From Veleropilina oligotropha (lineage: Eukaryota), in the NCBI GenBank assembly GCA_048128005.1, contig JBEUKZ010000109.1, positions 62,001 to 126,000 of the forward strand: a DNA stretch of 64,000 bases. Direction: 5' to 3'. Each line of letters starts with the position of its first letter. The stretch's first letter is position 1. This document shows positions 24,253 through 36,084 of the stretch, piece by piece. Position numbers and translations under genes: made by a program. The notes beneath the pieces were generated by a model. That model worked only from the letters and a program-made list of their open reading frames with translations, had not been told where the DNA came from and made no database searches.

Positions 24253-25090
24253 GTAGCCTATTGTTCTCTGATTGATCATTTGCATATTTACTGACGCCAT
24301 TTTATTTTCGTTGGCCAAACGGTGCTATGTAATTAACACCTATGGGGCAGTTCAATGTCTGTTCATTTCTTAAATCTAATTTAAGATTTTGTACTTCTCA
24401 TGTCAGACTGAGTGTTGACATAAGCCAGATCACATTGAATTTAATAAAACAACTTTGATAATTTTGCACAAATCTTAAAAAGATTAGGGTTCAATATTAT
24501 TATGTTCTTTGCTGTAATCGAACATACGATGTTCAATACATTTAAAATGTTGATTCCTTAACATTTATTTTTAAGTAACATGTCGAACATTTTTGCTTCC
24601 TTAAAATCTATTTTAAGTGACATGTCGTCCATGTTAGCGTTCGCAAGTTGGTCATGCGAACTACTTATTAATATCGATTATTATATAATCTATTAATTCT
24701 TTGCTTTTGATTTTAAAGCTTTCACAACCTGTTAGGTTCCGTGTGCTTACAAATCCGACTGCATCCTCTGGCTACCGGCCTATAGGCCCGGAGTCCCATT
24801 TGGCTGCCACTGGTCCATGACACGTAAGACCTACAGGGATTTATCCTTCCGGCCGTGCCAGGGGCTGATTGCACTTCCGTTCACCTCGTCCGACTAACAC
24901 CACGGCGTATCCTCCCGGTAACACTGGTCGAAATTCTCGCCTGGTAAGAGTAGAATATAATACTCAGTAAAAATTCCACTCTAGGCGGACACACTCGACG
25001 CTTCATGCTGATCGAATTGGTGAAAAGTAAGTCATTATCTTGTTTGGGTTTGTTGTAAGGAACGTCTTACCCACCTATCCAAGGTTATTC

Positions 25091-25181
25091 TGGCAAGAGT
25101 AAGGACGTAAGTATGTTTGTAACTATATATGAGGTTTTAATGTAAACCTAATATTAGTATAAAACATACTTACGTCCTTAC
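25091..25181 (+). repeat. Internal complementary region (ICR) of DIRS copy 1
   Basis: Reverse complement of the right-end/left-end junction aaaacctcat|atatagttac. Confidence 0.95.
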
Positions 25182-27668
25182 ACGATTACCCACCCTGCGT
25201 TTCGCATTCCTCCCCTCTACTACGTTCCTTTGTGGTTTTTGAACTTTGAATTGATGTCATGTGACTTCTATTGTTCAGAAGTCTCACGAGACTTGGCGAA
25301 GTCTCGCTAGGGAACGTGGGGGGTAGGAGCAGGGGAGGTAACCGTGTGCTTTTTTGGCTTATAACGGTGCATTATGGGACATATTCACCATTTCCGGTTT
25401 GGGCGATAATATACTATTATGGCAAGAGTAAGGACGTAAGTATGTTTTATACTAATATTAGGTTTACATTAAAACCTCATTTACACTTTCTGCAGTTTTA
25501 AACCTGTACTTGTATAAACGTTCGTGTTAGCTGTATTACATTTAATTTTATTAATTGTTAATAATCCGCCACATTTCCGATCGTTGTTTTTCTTCCATTC
25601 AAGCCACAATAGTAAAAGTTGTAGATTTCTTCGTTTTGTTTATCAATGAAAATGTAGTCCCTGACCTTTGAGGTCAACTTGTTATGCACCATGTGGTGCG
25701 TACAAAATAAATACCACATGGCTATATCTGCGTCACGTGGGTAATAAAATACAATCTTCACCGCGCGTACAATTGTCTTCGGTCTTGACCGCATACGTAA
25801 GGAAGGTTCGCAATTCGTCACCGCAAGGTAGACTGTATGATCCAAAGTTGCGTAAGTTACAAACATAATTCTCAATAACCTATTACTAAAATAGAGCATA
25901 GAATATAAATAATTATAATTAGCAGACGTAAATACCATAATTAAGATCATTTACCAGATAGGAAGGGAACATCATTACGGAAAACTATAGACTGTTAGTG
26001 ATAATTAAGGGTCGCTTTTATGAATTATAGTTGTCAACAAGGAAAGGAATTAGCTCTCTACATAATAAAATTAACGAGGTTAAGACAAAATGGACAACAC
26101 AAAACGTTACATCACTTACACTCACGAAAACTTACATAACAGGCATTTCAACACGAATAGAACACGACACAAGACTGAGAGCGTCGAGCAATTACTGCGT
26201 TCCTTTAAATAGCTACCAGTGGAGAGCCAATCAATTTTATTTGAATAATAGATTAGACACTGCACGTTTAGACGGAAATCGCACAGGGAAATGAACATCA
26301 CTAAACAGTTATCCCGAAATGTCAATTTCTACATATGCCACTCGCAATCAACCTATGGAAGGCCCACAATGCCATACAATTATACAACGTGTCGCACAAA
26401 ATCGCGACACTGCACTCTGACAGGGCAAAAGCGATATTTCATTCTAACTTTTTATGAACCACCATCACTCAAATAGCACGAGTCAAATTTTATTTTGTCA
26501 TAATCAAATTGTCCGCGTGGGGGTCTTGGACCCAAGCGCAAGAAAATTTTGACAATTAACGGTGTGAAATCCCTCATCATGAATTATTACATTGCAAAAT
26601 CTAATAATAATACCATTCAACTTCAGTATTTTGGGGTAGGCCTATTTATAATGTTCTAAAAGTCATTTGTATCAGATTATACATATTATTTTAGTATGCT
26701 TGACCAGCTTTAGGGGGGCGTGCGCCGGGTGCACCCCCTCCCCCTTGGATCCGCGCCTGTTATGTGTAGCATGCGTAAGAAGCTACACTTATCTATCAAC
26801 TTTGCACACATCTCGATGGCTCATGTCAATTTTATGTAAATGATCATTGAAGGGGACAAACACTTCATTAATAGGTGTACATAGAGGATGCTAAACACTT
26901 CATTAATAGGTGTACATAGAGGATGCTAACACTTCATTAATAGGTGTCCATTAATAGGTGTACATAGAGGATGCTAAACACTTCATTAATAGGTGTACAT
27001 GTATAGATGATGCTAAACACTTCATTAATAGGTGTACATAGAGGATGCTAAACACTTCATTAATAGGTGTACATAGAGGATGCTAAACACTTCATTAATA
27101 GGTGTACATAGTGGATGCTAAACACTTCATTAATAGGTATGTACATAGAGGATGCTAAACACTTCATTAATAGGTATGTACATAGAGGATGCTAAACACT
27201 TCATTAATAGGTGTACATAGAGGATGCTAAACACTTCATTAATAGGTGTACATAGAGGATGCTAAACACTTCATTAATAGGTGTACATAGAGGATGCTAA
27301 ACACTTCATTAATAGGTGTACATAGAGGATGCTAAACACTTCATTAATAGGTGTACATAGAGGATGCTAAACACTTCATTAATAGGTGTACATAGAGGAT
27401 GCTAAACACTTCATTAATAGGTGTACATAGAGGATGCTAAACACTTCATTAATAGGTGTACATAGTGGATGCTAAACACTTCATTAATAGGTATGTACAT
27501 AGAGGATGCTAAACACTTCATTAATAGGTATGTACATAGAGGATGCTAAACACTTCATTAATAGGTGTACATAGAGGATGCTAAACACTTCATTAATAGG
27601 TGTACATAGTGGATGCTAAACACTTCATTAATAGGTGTACATAGAGGATGCTAAACACTTCATTATTA

Positions 27669-27985
27669 CAGGGTTCGTACGGGTCATGGAAACCTGGAAA
27701 AGTCATGGAATTTGATATTTAAAAATCCAGGCCTGGAAAACCTGGAAAAAGCCTACTTATTTTACATGGTCATGGAAAAAGTCATGGAAAATGATATTTT
27801 AGAAGCTCAATGCTATTTCCATAAATTCCACACTTATATTTATGATAAATGCCCTTTTCGTATACAATTTGTCTTAATATATGTCGATTGATGAAGTCTT
27901 AAAAGCTTTGGAAATTTTGAAATAGTCATGGAAAAGTCATTGAATAGTCATGGAATTTTGCAAGAGATCATGTGTACGAACCCTG
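27669..27985. mobile_element. hAT-like MITE inserted in the satellite
   Basis: TIR cagggttcgtac / gtacgaaccctg, repeated gtcatggaa subterminal motifs, 6-bp TSD ttatta/ttaata (1 mismatch). Confidence 0.85.
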
Positions 27986-28347
27986 TTAATAGGTGTACAT
28001 AGAGGATGCTAAACACTTCATTAATAGGTGTACATAGAGGATGCTAAACACTTCATTAATAGGTGTACATAGAGGATGCTAAACCCTTCATTAATAGGTG
28101 TACATCGAGGATGCTAAACACTTCATTAATAGGTGTACATAGAGGATGCTAAACACTTCATTAATAGGTATGTACATAGAGGATGCTAAACACTTCATTA
28201 ATAGGTGTACATAGAGGATGCTAAACCCTTCATTAATAGGTGTACATAGAGGATGCTAAATACTTCATTAATAGGTATGTACATAGAGGATGCTAAACAC
28301 TTCATTAATAGGTATGTACATAGAGGATGCTAAACACTTCATTAATA

Positions 28348-28606
28348 GGCCGCTTCGGTAGCGCAGTGGGTAGAGTGTCCACTCTAAATTCACTGGCTTG
28401 TTTCCGCTGACGCGAACAGTAGTGGGATCGACCCCCGGCTGAGGCAGCACACATTTGTTCAAGTTATGAAGCACAGTTGTCCGAGACTGGCCGAAGAGGG
28501 CGGGTTTACCCGGGCGACCGGGGTTTCCTCCCGCGATAACACGGACATGTCCTGCCTTGAACCTCGATGTTATAAATATACAGGACATTAAGCATAATTC
28601 CTCCTC
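28348..28606 (+). mobile_element. tRNA-derived SINE, full length
   Basis: A box tagcgcagtgg, B-box-like gggatcgacccc, central ccggggtttcctccc block, (tcc)n tail, TSD cacttcattaata. A second copy starts at 34796. Confidence 0.88.
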
Positions 28607-29935
28607 CACTTCATTAATAGGTGTACATAGAGGATGCTAAACCCTTCATTAGTAGGTGTACATCGAGGATGCTAAACACTTCATTAATAGGTATGTACAT
28701 AGAGGATGCTAAACACTTCATTAATAGGTGTACATAGAGGATGCTAAACACTTCATTAATAGGTGTACATAGAGGATGCTAAACACTTCATTAATAGGTG
28801 TACATCGAGGATGCTAAACACTTCATTAATAGGTGTACATAGAGGATGCTAAACACTTCATTAATAGGTGTACATAGAGGATGCTAAACCCTTCATTAGT
28901 AGGTGTACATCGAGGATGCTAAACACTTCATTAATAGGTATGTACATAGAGGATGCTAAACACTTCATTAATAGGTGTACATAGAGGATGCTAAACACTT
29001 CATTAATAGGTGTACATAGAGGATGCTAAACACTTCATTAATAGGTGTACATCGAGGATGCTAAACACTTCATTAATAGGTGTACATAGAGGATGCTAAA
29101 CACTTCATTAATAGGTGTACATAGAGGATGCTAAACACTTCATTAATAGGTGTACATCGAGGATGCTAAACACTTCATTAATAGGTGTACATAGAGGATG
29201 CTAAACCCTTCATTAATAGGTGTACATAGAGGATGCTAAACACTTCATTAATAGGTGTACATGTATAGATGATGCTAAACACTTCATTAATAGGTGTACA
29301 TAGAGGATGCTAAACCCTTCATTAATAGGTGTACATAGAGGATGCTAAACACTTCATTAATAGGTGTACATAGAGGATGCTAAACACTTCATTAATAGGT
29401 GTACATAGAGGATGCTAAACCCTTCATTAATAGGTGTACATCGAGGATGCTAAACACTTCATTAATAGGTGTACATAGAGGATGCTAAAGGAGATCTCAT
29501 TTCAAATCAAATTTATGTCATAGACATATATTTCAAGATATGCAAAGAAATAGGCAACTTTCTTACACTATCAGATTTTAGCACATAAAAACTTGGAATC
29601 AACTGAATTTATACATATTTCACTATTCAACATTAGGAAGCATCTGCTGCATCAAACCAAATGTGACTTTCTTTAAATACTTTAAGATTATTTTTATATA
29701 CTCTCAGATGCTTGCGAGTTGATTGACTAAATTAATGATGATCGCATGCAGTTTTCTTTAATAATATTGAGTGCTTCCTTTGAGCGTTACATGTTTACCA
29801 CAGTGCCATCAATTCATACTAGGTAATCCGCTCCACCAGTGGTTTTGATGGTGCAGACCGGGCTGACCCTGAAATCACTGGCCTGAATGCAGTGACATGA
29901 ACAGCAGTGGGACATTGGCATTACTTATTCAGTTA

Positions 29936-30765
29936 TAATAATAATAATAATAAACTTTATTTTAAGAAGGTAACTTATTTAGCTAGAGAATAGCTAATCT
30001 GCCATAAGGCCCTCTATAATATCACTATAATAACAATAAAACATGAAATGATACAATAAAATATGAAATATGTACAATATATATATATATATATATTATA
30101 CATGCACTATATAGCAGTGCATCGAGAAATGATTGTAATAAATTAATGACGGCTTTTAATAAATTATACATGGTTTAATGTTTTCTGAAAAATGTAATCA
30201 AAACATGCCTTCTTAAATTCAGACAATGTTGATTTTGTTCGTATGTAAGGTCGGTAATTTGTTCCACAGTATAGGTCCATTGTAAGAGAATGATTTTTTC
30301 AAATAGTTTGTTTTGGGATACAGCACTTTTAGGTCCATGTTGGCGACAGATCGTAGATTGCGTGTTTGAGTATTTGCGATTGGAACAGTAACTTCCGTAA
30401 GATATTCTGGAGTTTGCCCATTTAGGGCTTTATAAACAAGAATGCAATTGTGATATTCAATTCTGTCTTTTACAGGCAGCCAATTTAATGTTTGGAACAT
30501 AATAAAAGAAGAGGTCATTTTATCTGCATTTAAGATAATTCTGGCAGCACGCTTTTGCAGTTTATTTACTCATTCTATATTGTATTGAGAGCATGATCCC
30601 CACACTGTTGAACAATAATCTATTACATGACATTGTATTAAGGGAAGTGCATAGGAGGTGAAATATAATTTTCTTGGCTTCATTGGCAGATGCTTTTTAA
30701 TTCGGCTTAGTAAGGACAATCGGGATGATACAGCTGCACATATATGATCTACTTGATGATCCCAG
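29936..30765 (-). mobile_element. CR1/L2-group LINE 3' fragment inserted into a degenerate SINE copy (~29820-30860)
   Basis: LNWLPVKDRIEY..LVYKALNG..PEYL..SFSYNGPILWNKLP and a (TTA)n tail. SINE-like sequence on both sides. Confidence 0.8.
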
Positions 30766-32148
30766 TATGAATCACAGTTGTCCGTAACTGGTCGGAGAGG
30801 GTGGGAAACCCTGCAATAATACGGACATGTCTGAAGCCTGAAGGTTGTAAATATACAGCTGTGAGCTCATTCAATATAGCATTGATCCAATTCAATCCTA
30901 CTATAGGTAGACAATGTTATGCGATATGAAGCACATTAATTGTGGTTTCCTGTAAATTAATTAACAGTAAAAAATAATGAAAGCTTATAACACACAAGTT
31001 TGTATTATGAGCGTCTCGATAAATGTGAAGAAAAGTGAATTTTACATGTCAATGCCCCATACAGTTATTGTATGTTAGTGCTATTTCGTTCACATATTTA
31101 TTATAATATTGATGAAACAAAATCGTTGGAACCACCTGAAAATTTTAATTTATTAACAAAAGTTTAGACCAATGTATACAAGAATATAGCTCTAGATAAT
31201 ACATACAAAATCAATCTCTTAACGTCAATAATATCGATTTATGAGAATTTTTTTGCTTTTTTCAGTGTCCTTTGAACTCGTGTCCATGGTAACCATTCAT
31301 CGTCTGCTTCCAAAACTTATCTCTGCTTCAAGATCATCATTTCTGCTTGTAAGTCTTAGGATTGCATGTACATGTATTTGTAAATTGATTTACTGACAAA
31401 AGCGTAACTACGAAGTATCGAAGTTGATAATTTCTCTTCGCACCTCATATCAGACAATTTATCAAAAAGTCAGAAATTTACCTGAACGTCTTCATACTTA
31501 CTACGATGGTGAGTATCATGGTTTTACTTTAAGGAATCCCTGAGTGATCTATTAATTATAAGGCATGTCAGAAAGAATAAGCTATGCTGGCATGCGCTAC
31601 ATGCTTTTTATTATATAAATGGTGCTTTTATTCGTTAAATAATGGCAAAAATATAATCGGTAATTCACTGATATATACTGTCAGTCACGTGAGTGAAAAT
31701 ATTTTCCATATTTCACTCTCGTGAGTGAAAATATCAAAAACGGGTCATAATTTGACGTCATAAAAACGTCCATGGTGACATCGTCTATGGCGACGTTATG
31801 ATGGCGAACTACATTTCAACATTACAATGTCAATAGCGCACGCGTTCGTTCTTCCACAAAAATAAGCATGGCTATACAATGGTCACATTATTTACTTAAT
31901 AACTAACACATTTATATAATGAATAGAGCATTCAATGTTATGTCAGAAATATTAAATATATTTTGTCGAGTGAAATATCCTATTGAAATACATCTATTGA
32001 TGTTGAATTTAGTGTAAAATATGACCGGTATAAATATTTGAGCGAGACTCACCGAGAACAAGGAAACCTTATCAAGAATCTTAGGCTTGGAATTCAGTCT
32101 TATTTTGGCTAGTTCTGTATTATTATATTAATAATATATACATACACT

Positions 32149-32927
32149 TTTATTACCCCTTTGCTATATTTCTAGCATTTTCATTGGTCAATCGACATCC
32201 CATAACTCCCCGTATTTTCCCGCAAAGCACATCTGCTGCCAAATAAGGAATGATCACGTGATGTTGCGGGGTAATACGGGGGTCATCACGTGATGTAGCA
32301 GGGTAATACGGGGCGATCACGTGATGTTGCGGGGTAATACGGGGCGATCACGTGATGTTGCGGGGTAATACGGGGCGATCACGTGATGTTGCAGGGTAAT
32401 ACGGGGCGATCACGTGATGTTGCGGGGCAATACAGGGCGATCACGTGATGTTGCGGGGTAATACGGGATGTTTGATAGTGCTGTTCAGGCTATTTGAATT
32501 AGGTTAATTATTTCGTAACAAAAGTGCAATAACAACATCAACCAGTAGATTTGTGCATATATGCAAAACAAAATACTGTATATAATATTTAATTAAATTG
32601 TTCGTTACAGTATTTTGTTGTGCATATGATTATATAAATACATCTACCCAGTTGAAGTTGCTATAGTACTTTCGTTTTGAAACAATTAACATATTACATA
32701 TATAGCCTGAACACCACTATCGGTTTTAAAGATTTTACAAAGATAAATAAATAGGCAAATGGGGTAATAAATTCGTTATACATCTGTACATCTACTGGCT
32801 TTTGACATGGTGTACGGGATTTTACCACCCTCCAAAATTCTGTATTTCTCCTCGTCTACGCCTCTGGTAAATACGAAATTTTGAGGGTGGTAAAAATCAT
32901 ATACACCCTGTCAAAAGCCAGTATAAC
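32149..32927 (+). mobile_element. Second Crypton-like hairpin element, with an internal 31-bp tandem array
   Basis: tttattacccc (32149) / ggggtaataaa (32761). Terminal hairpin 32793-32923 with a ctcgtctacgcctc loop. About 7 copies of gatcacgtgatgttgcggggtaatacggggc at ~32252-32468. Confidence 0.55.
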
Positions 32928-33670
32928 AAGGCAATCACAGATCGCAAACCTTCGCCTCGGTGGCAAGGAATTGTGAAAGCTACCAATCTCTGCGAATACT
33001 AGATGAGAACATATTGAACCTAATTACCTTCGGTTCGAACAAACTATACAAATGTCTGCAGTGATGACATTAGCTGATGTCAGTTAGAAGCGTCAATTCG
33101 AGCAACAATCATGTCCGTTAATCATTGACTCCTACTAGTAACAATAGACAGAGAGCGCAGCCCCTGAGCTCAATGGAACGAGTTACCAATATATACTGCT
33201 AATGGCATAACGTGTCGATATATCTATATTTACCTAACGACACGCTTAGCCAATGTTGAGTGAGTGACATGTTACTGGGCTTTGTATGAAATAATGAATG
33301 ACAGTTAAAAACAATCAGCTATATCAATTACATGCACTCGCATCTAATCAAAACACAGAGGTCAGCTTATGTGACCTTACTGGCTGTCAAGTAAACAAGG
33401 TGTATACACGATGGCAACACATTGCAATTTGATACAGATTAGGCACAGATTAATAGCTTTTTAAGTCTTAAAAATTACAAAATTGCGTAATCCGCTATCA
33501 GATCATCTTTGAGGAGGACCGAGCGTATGGTGCGCCCTATCTCGTGTGCAAAAACTGAATTGATCGGACCAACGGTTGTAGAGATATGCTCTTGGACAGA
33601 CAGACACACAGACAGACAAACCGACCCAATTGCAATACCTTCTCCCACCACTACGTGGGCAAGGTAACTA
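32925..33670 (+). mobile_element. HINE-like non-autonomous repeat
   Basis: aacaag start, (acag)n microsatellite at ~33596-33620, subterminal gcaa.accttc repeat and 3' hairpin. Confidence 0.45.
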
Positions 33671-36084
33671 ATAATATTGCACCTTCCCATGCATGAATGC
33701 TTGCTCAAAGCCCTGCATCAAATCATTATTCCCTGGTTACCGGCCTGTTCTTCTTGAAGTTCCATCTTAACTCTCTTTGAGAATATAACACGCCAGCTGC
33801 CATTTTTCGACGCATATCAGACTAGTCGTACTTACAATTTCCCTCACTGCCAACCGGGTGCCCACTTAGATATCAGATCTTACATAGTGTCACTGTGAAA
33901 CCCCCTCTTCTGCATTAATTTTTGCAGCTCTTGCGTATTCAGCTGTTGCTGTTACTTTACGACAGTCAACAATTTGTTTGTGGGTAAGCGTTACAGCTAG
34001 ATGATCGCGACTTGTAATTATCTATATTGATGTGGTGGTTTTTATTTTCAGTCTATGCTTAATGTTACATTTGTAAAAACCTCCAGATTAATATTCGGAT
34101 TAATGCCATTTAGAGAAAAAACAGATAGTTATGGGTAACTGTGACTGTTAACTGTACGAGGGCCCCAACAAGGATTTGTACTCGCATTCCCTTATCCACT
34201 CTGAAACCGGCGCGACCTTCATTGATATGAAGGGCATGATTAAATGCTAAACAACGCCCTAAGATTAAAATGTGACACCAACATTATTTTACTAAATATT
34301 TATTTGTCATTTCGCAAAACTTTTTGTTACCCGTAATATGCAACAAGAAGGAGAATAGAAGTTAATACCTATAATGCGGCATCAAGTACCTTTTAGAATC
34401 TCTTGGAGAACTTATTTGCGTAGCTTGCATGATGTTTTTCATTACCATGACTTAATCTTACCACATATAATCCTTGAACCATATCACATGATATGCCCCC
34501 GGTAGTCACAATGTGACAGAATCAGTTGTACATTGCTGCCTGTGATTGGCTTGTCGGAGGTTTCGACTCATCTTTGGGTGAAAATGCTGCTGACAGGACT
34601 ACAAGGAATTAACAGTTCATCTGAAGTCAAGAATACCAAAATTACACAATAGTCAATAAATTAATTAAATATGATAACTTTAGTGTTTAAATTTATTAAC
34701 TATCCATTGTTTGTACTGAGGAAACGAGATGGTAAGAGGGTTGAACCCTATTAAAATTTTGACTATATATCGATTGCTGTTCAAGTTGGTTTCCGGGCCG
34801 CTTCGGCAGCGCAGTGGGTAGAGTGTCCACTCTAAATTCACTGGCTTTATTCCGCTAATGCGAACAGTAGTGGGTTCAATACCTGGCTGAGGCATTGAAA
34901 TTTGTTCAAGTTATGAATCACAGTTGTCCGTGACTGGCCGAAGAGGGCGGGTTTACCCGGGCGACCGGGGTTTCCTCCCGCGATAACACGGACATGTCCT
35001 GCCTTGAACCTCGATATTAGTAGCAATATACTCTACGTCATTACCTATGCCATAATAGTCTTATTATCGCTAAACCGGAAACTGTGAAAAAGCGTTTCAC
35101 TTTCTTTTAAACTTACACGCTTACCCACCCTGCTCCCCTCTCTCGCGTTCCTCCCACGAGATCTGCCCAAGTCTCGCGAGACCTCAGAGACCAAGACAGA
35201 TCTGGTATCCTTTTTAAGTCTTCCGTCAGTCTGTCCGGACGTGCTTTCAGTCTAGTCCAAAAATAGACTATAATAAGTTACTTTTAAATAAGTTTCTTTC
35301 GCACAATATTGTGCCGTTCATATTCATATATGAGCTGAAGATGCATTGTAACTGTGTGCGGAGTATTTAGGCCGAGTTAGCAAATTTAAAAGTTGTGAGA
35401 TTCTGGCCACGAGTTTTTCGGCCCGCCATCTTGGATTTACTGAAGTAAAGATCTAAAGAGGGCCGCTCAGGAGGGAACGTTCTTCAAGCAGGAAAGCATT
35501 CGCATAGGCGAATCCTTTCAAAGGAAGAAGGGTTTAGTTTCTAATATTGCTTGAAATTACCTGTAATTCATATATATATTAGATAATTCCTTAGCGGCGT
35601 ATCTTGCTTAAATTCTTAGTAACTTTGTTCAATCGAATTTAGCGTCGCTAACAAGGCAGATGTTTAGGTATTGACGTGCGTTATTTGGCCTATCGGCCGA
35701 ATCTGGGATATTTCGCCAACGCTCTAACCTATTGAAATCAACATCCACGAGGTTTTCAGGTGTTTAAAGGCGGCTGTTTCTATATATAGCCTCCTACTAT
35801 CTATATATATCCGCCTGCATTCAATTTGTTAGTGTCCGACAAGCCGTTTTAATAAAGCTTGTACGTCGGGCTTGGTTTATATTCTAGTCGGGTTACTTGT
35901 CTGTTCTTCGGTTGTGTACCGAAGTGTGATTCATAACAATTTAGGGTCAATATCCGGTCTTTTCCATATATACTCGGATTAGAGACCCCTATATAAGGTG
36001 TAGTAGTTTAACACGTGAAGCGTACTACCCGGATATCCCTATATTTCCCGGTTTCCCACTACCTTTCCTACCCGTGTAACAGCT

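Larger units (their letters stand above)
18027..25480 (+). mobile_element. DIRS1-like tyrosine-recombinase retrotransposon, copy 1 (apparently intact)
   Basis: ITRs ~18027-18242 and ~25242-25480. ICR 25091-25181 is complementary to both outer ends. Three open ORFs. No TSD. Confidence 0.95.
16892..25752 (-). mobile_element. Crypton-like non-autonomous element with a terminal hairpin, interrupted by DIRS copy 1
   Basis: Hairpin 16892-17037 with 67-bp arms (2 mismatches). tttattaccc (17041) pairs with gggtaataaa (25739). aatac at both ends. Minus-strand ORF remnant IFSAPIYGGTININI..PKRPR resembles Crypton-type C-termini. Confidence 0.5.
15482..26409. mobile_element. Solo-LTR-like insertion (~2.1 kb once nested elements are removed)
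   Basis: TG...CA ends (tgtggcga / tcgcgaca) and a 4-bp TSD ctgc at 15478-15481 and 26410-26413. No coding region recognised. Confidence 0.6.
14442..26759. mobile_element. CAG...CTG MITE expanded to 12.3 kb by nested insertions
   Basis: TIR caggctcggatcca (split by the 14452 insertion) / tggatccgcgcctg. 5-bp TSD ttatg on both sides. The body resembles the 7250-7544 element and resumes at 26410. Confidence 0.75.
26858..29489 (+). repeat. 35-bp tandem satellite (aaacacttcattaataggtgtacatagaggatgct)n
   Basis: Dozens of near-identical head-to-tail units with small variants and no spacers. Interrupted by a MITE and a SINE. Confidence 0.97.

Noticed and set aside
24860..24940. Hammerhead ribozyme or group I intron core in the DIRS 3' domain
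   Set aside because: No conserved CUGANGA core. GACTA/TGGTC recalls group I P7, but I could not identify the other core elements, so the domain is left unclassified.
28348..28445. tRNA gene
   Set aside because: It has A/B boxes but continues into a SINE body with tail and TSD, and recurs at 34796. It is a SINE head.
26858..29489. CRISPR array (35-bp repeats)
   Set aside because: Units are head-to-tail with no unique spacers, there are no cas genes, and the context is eukaryotic.
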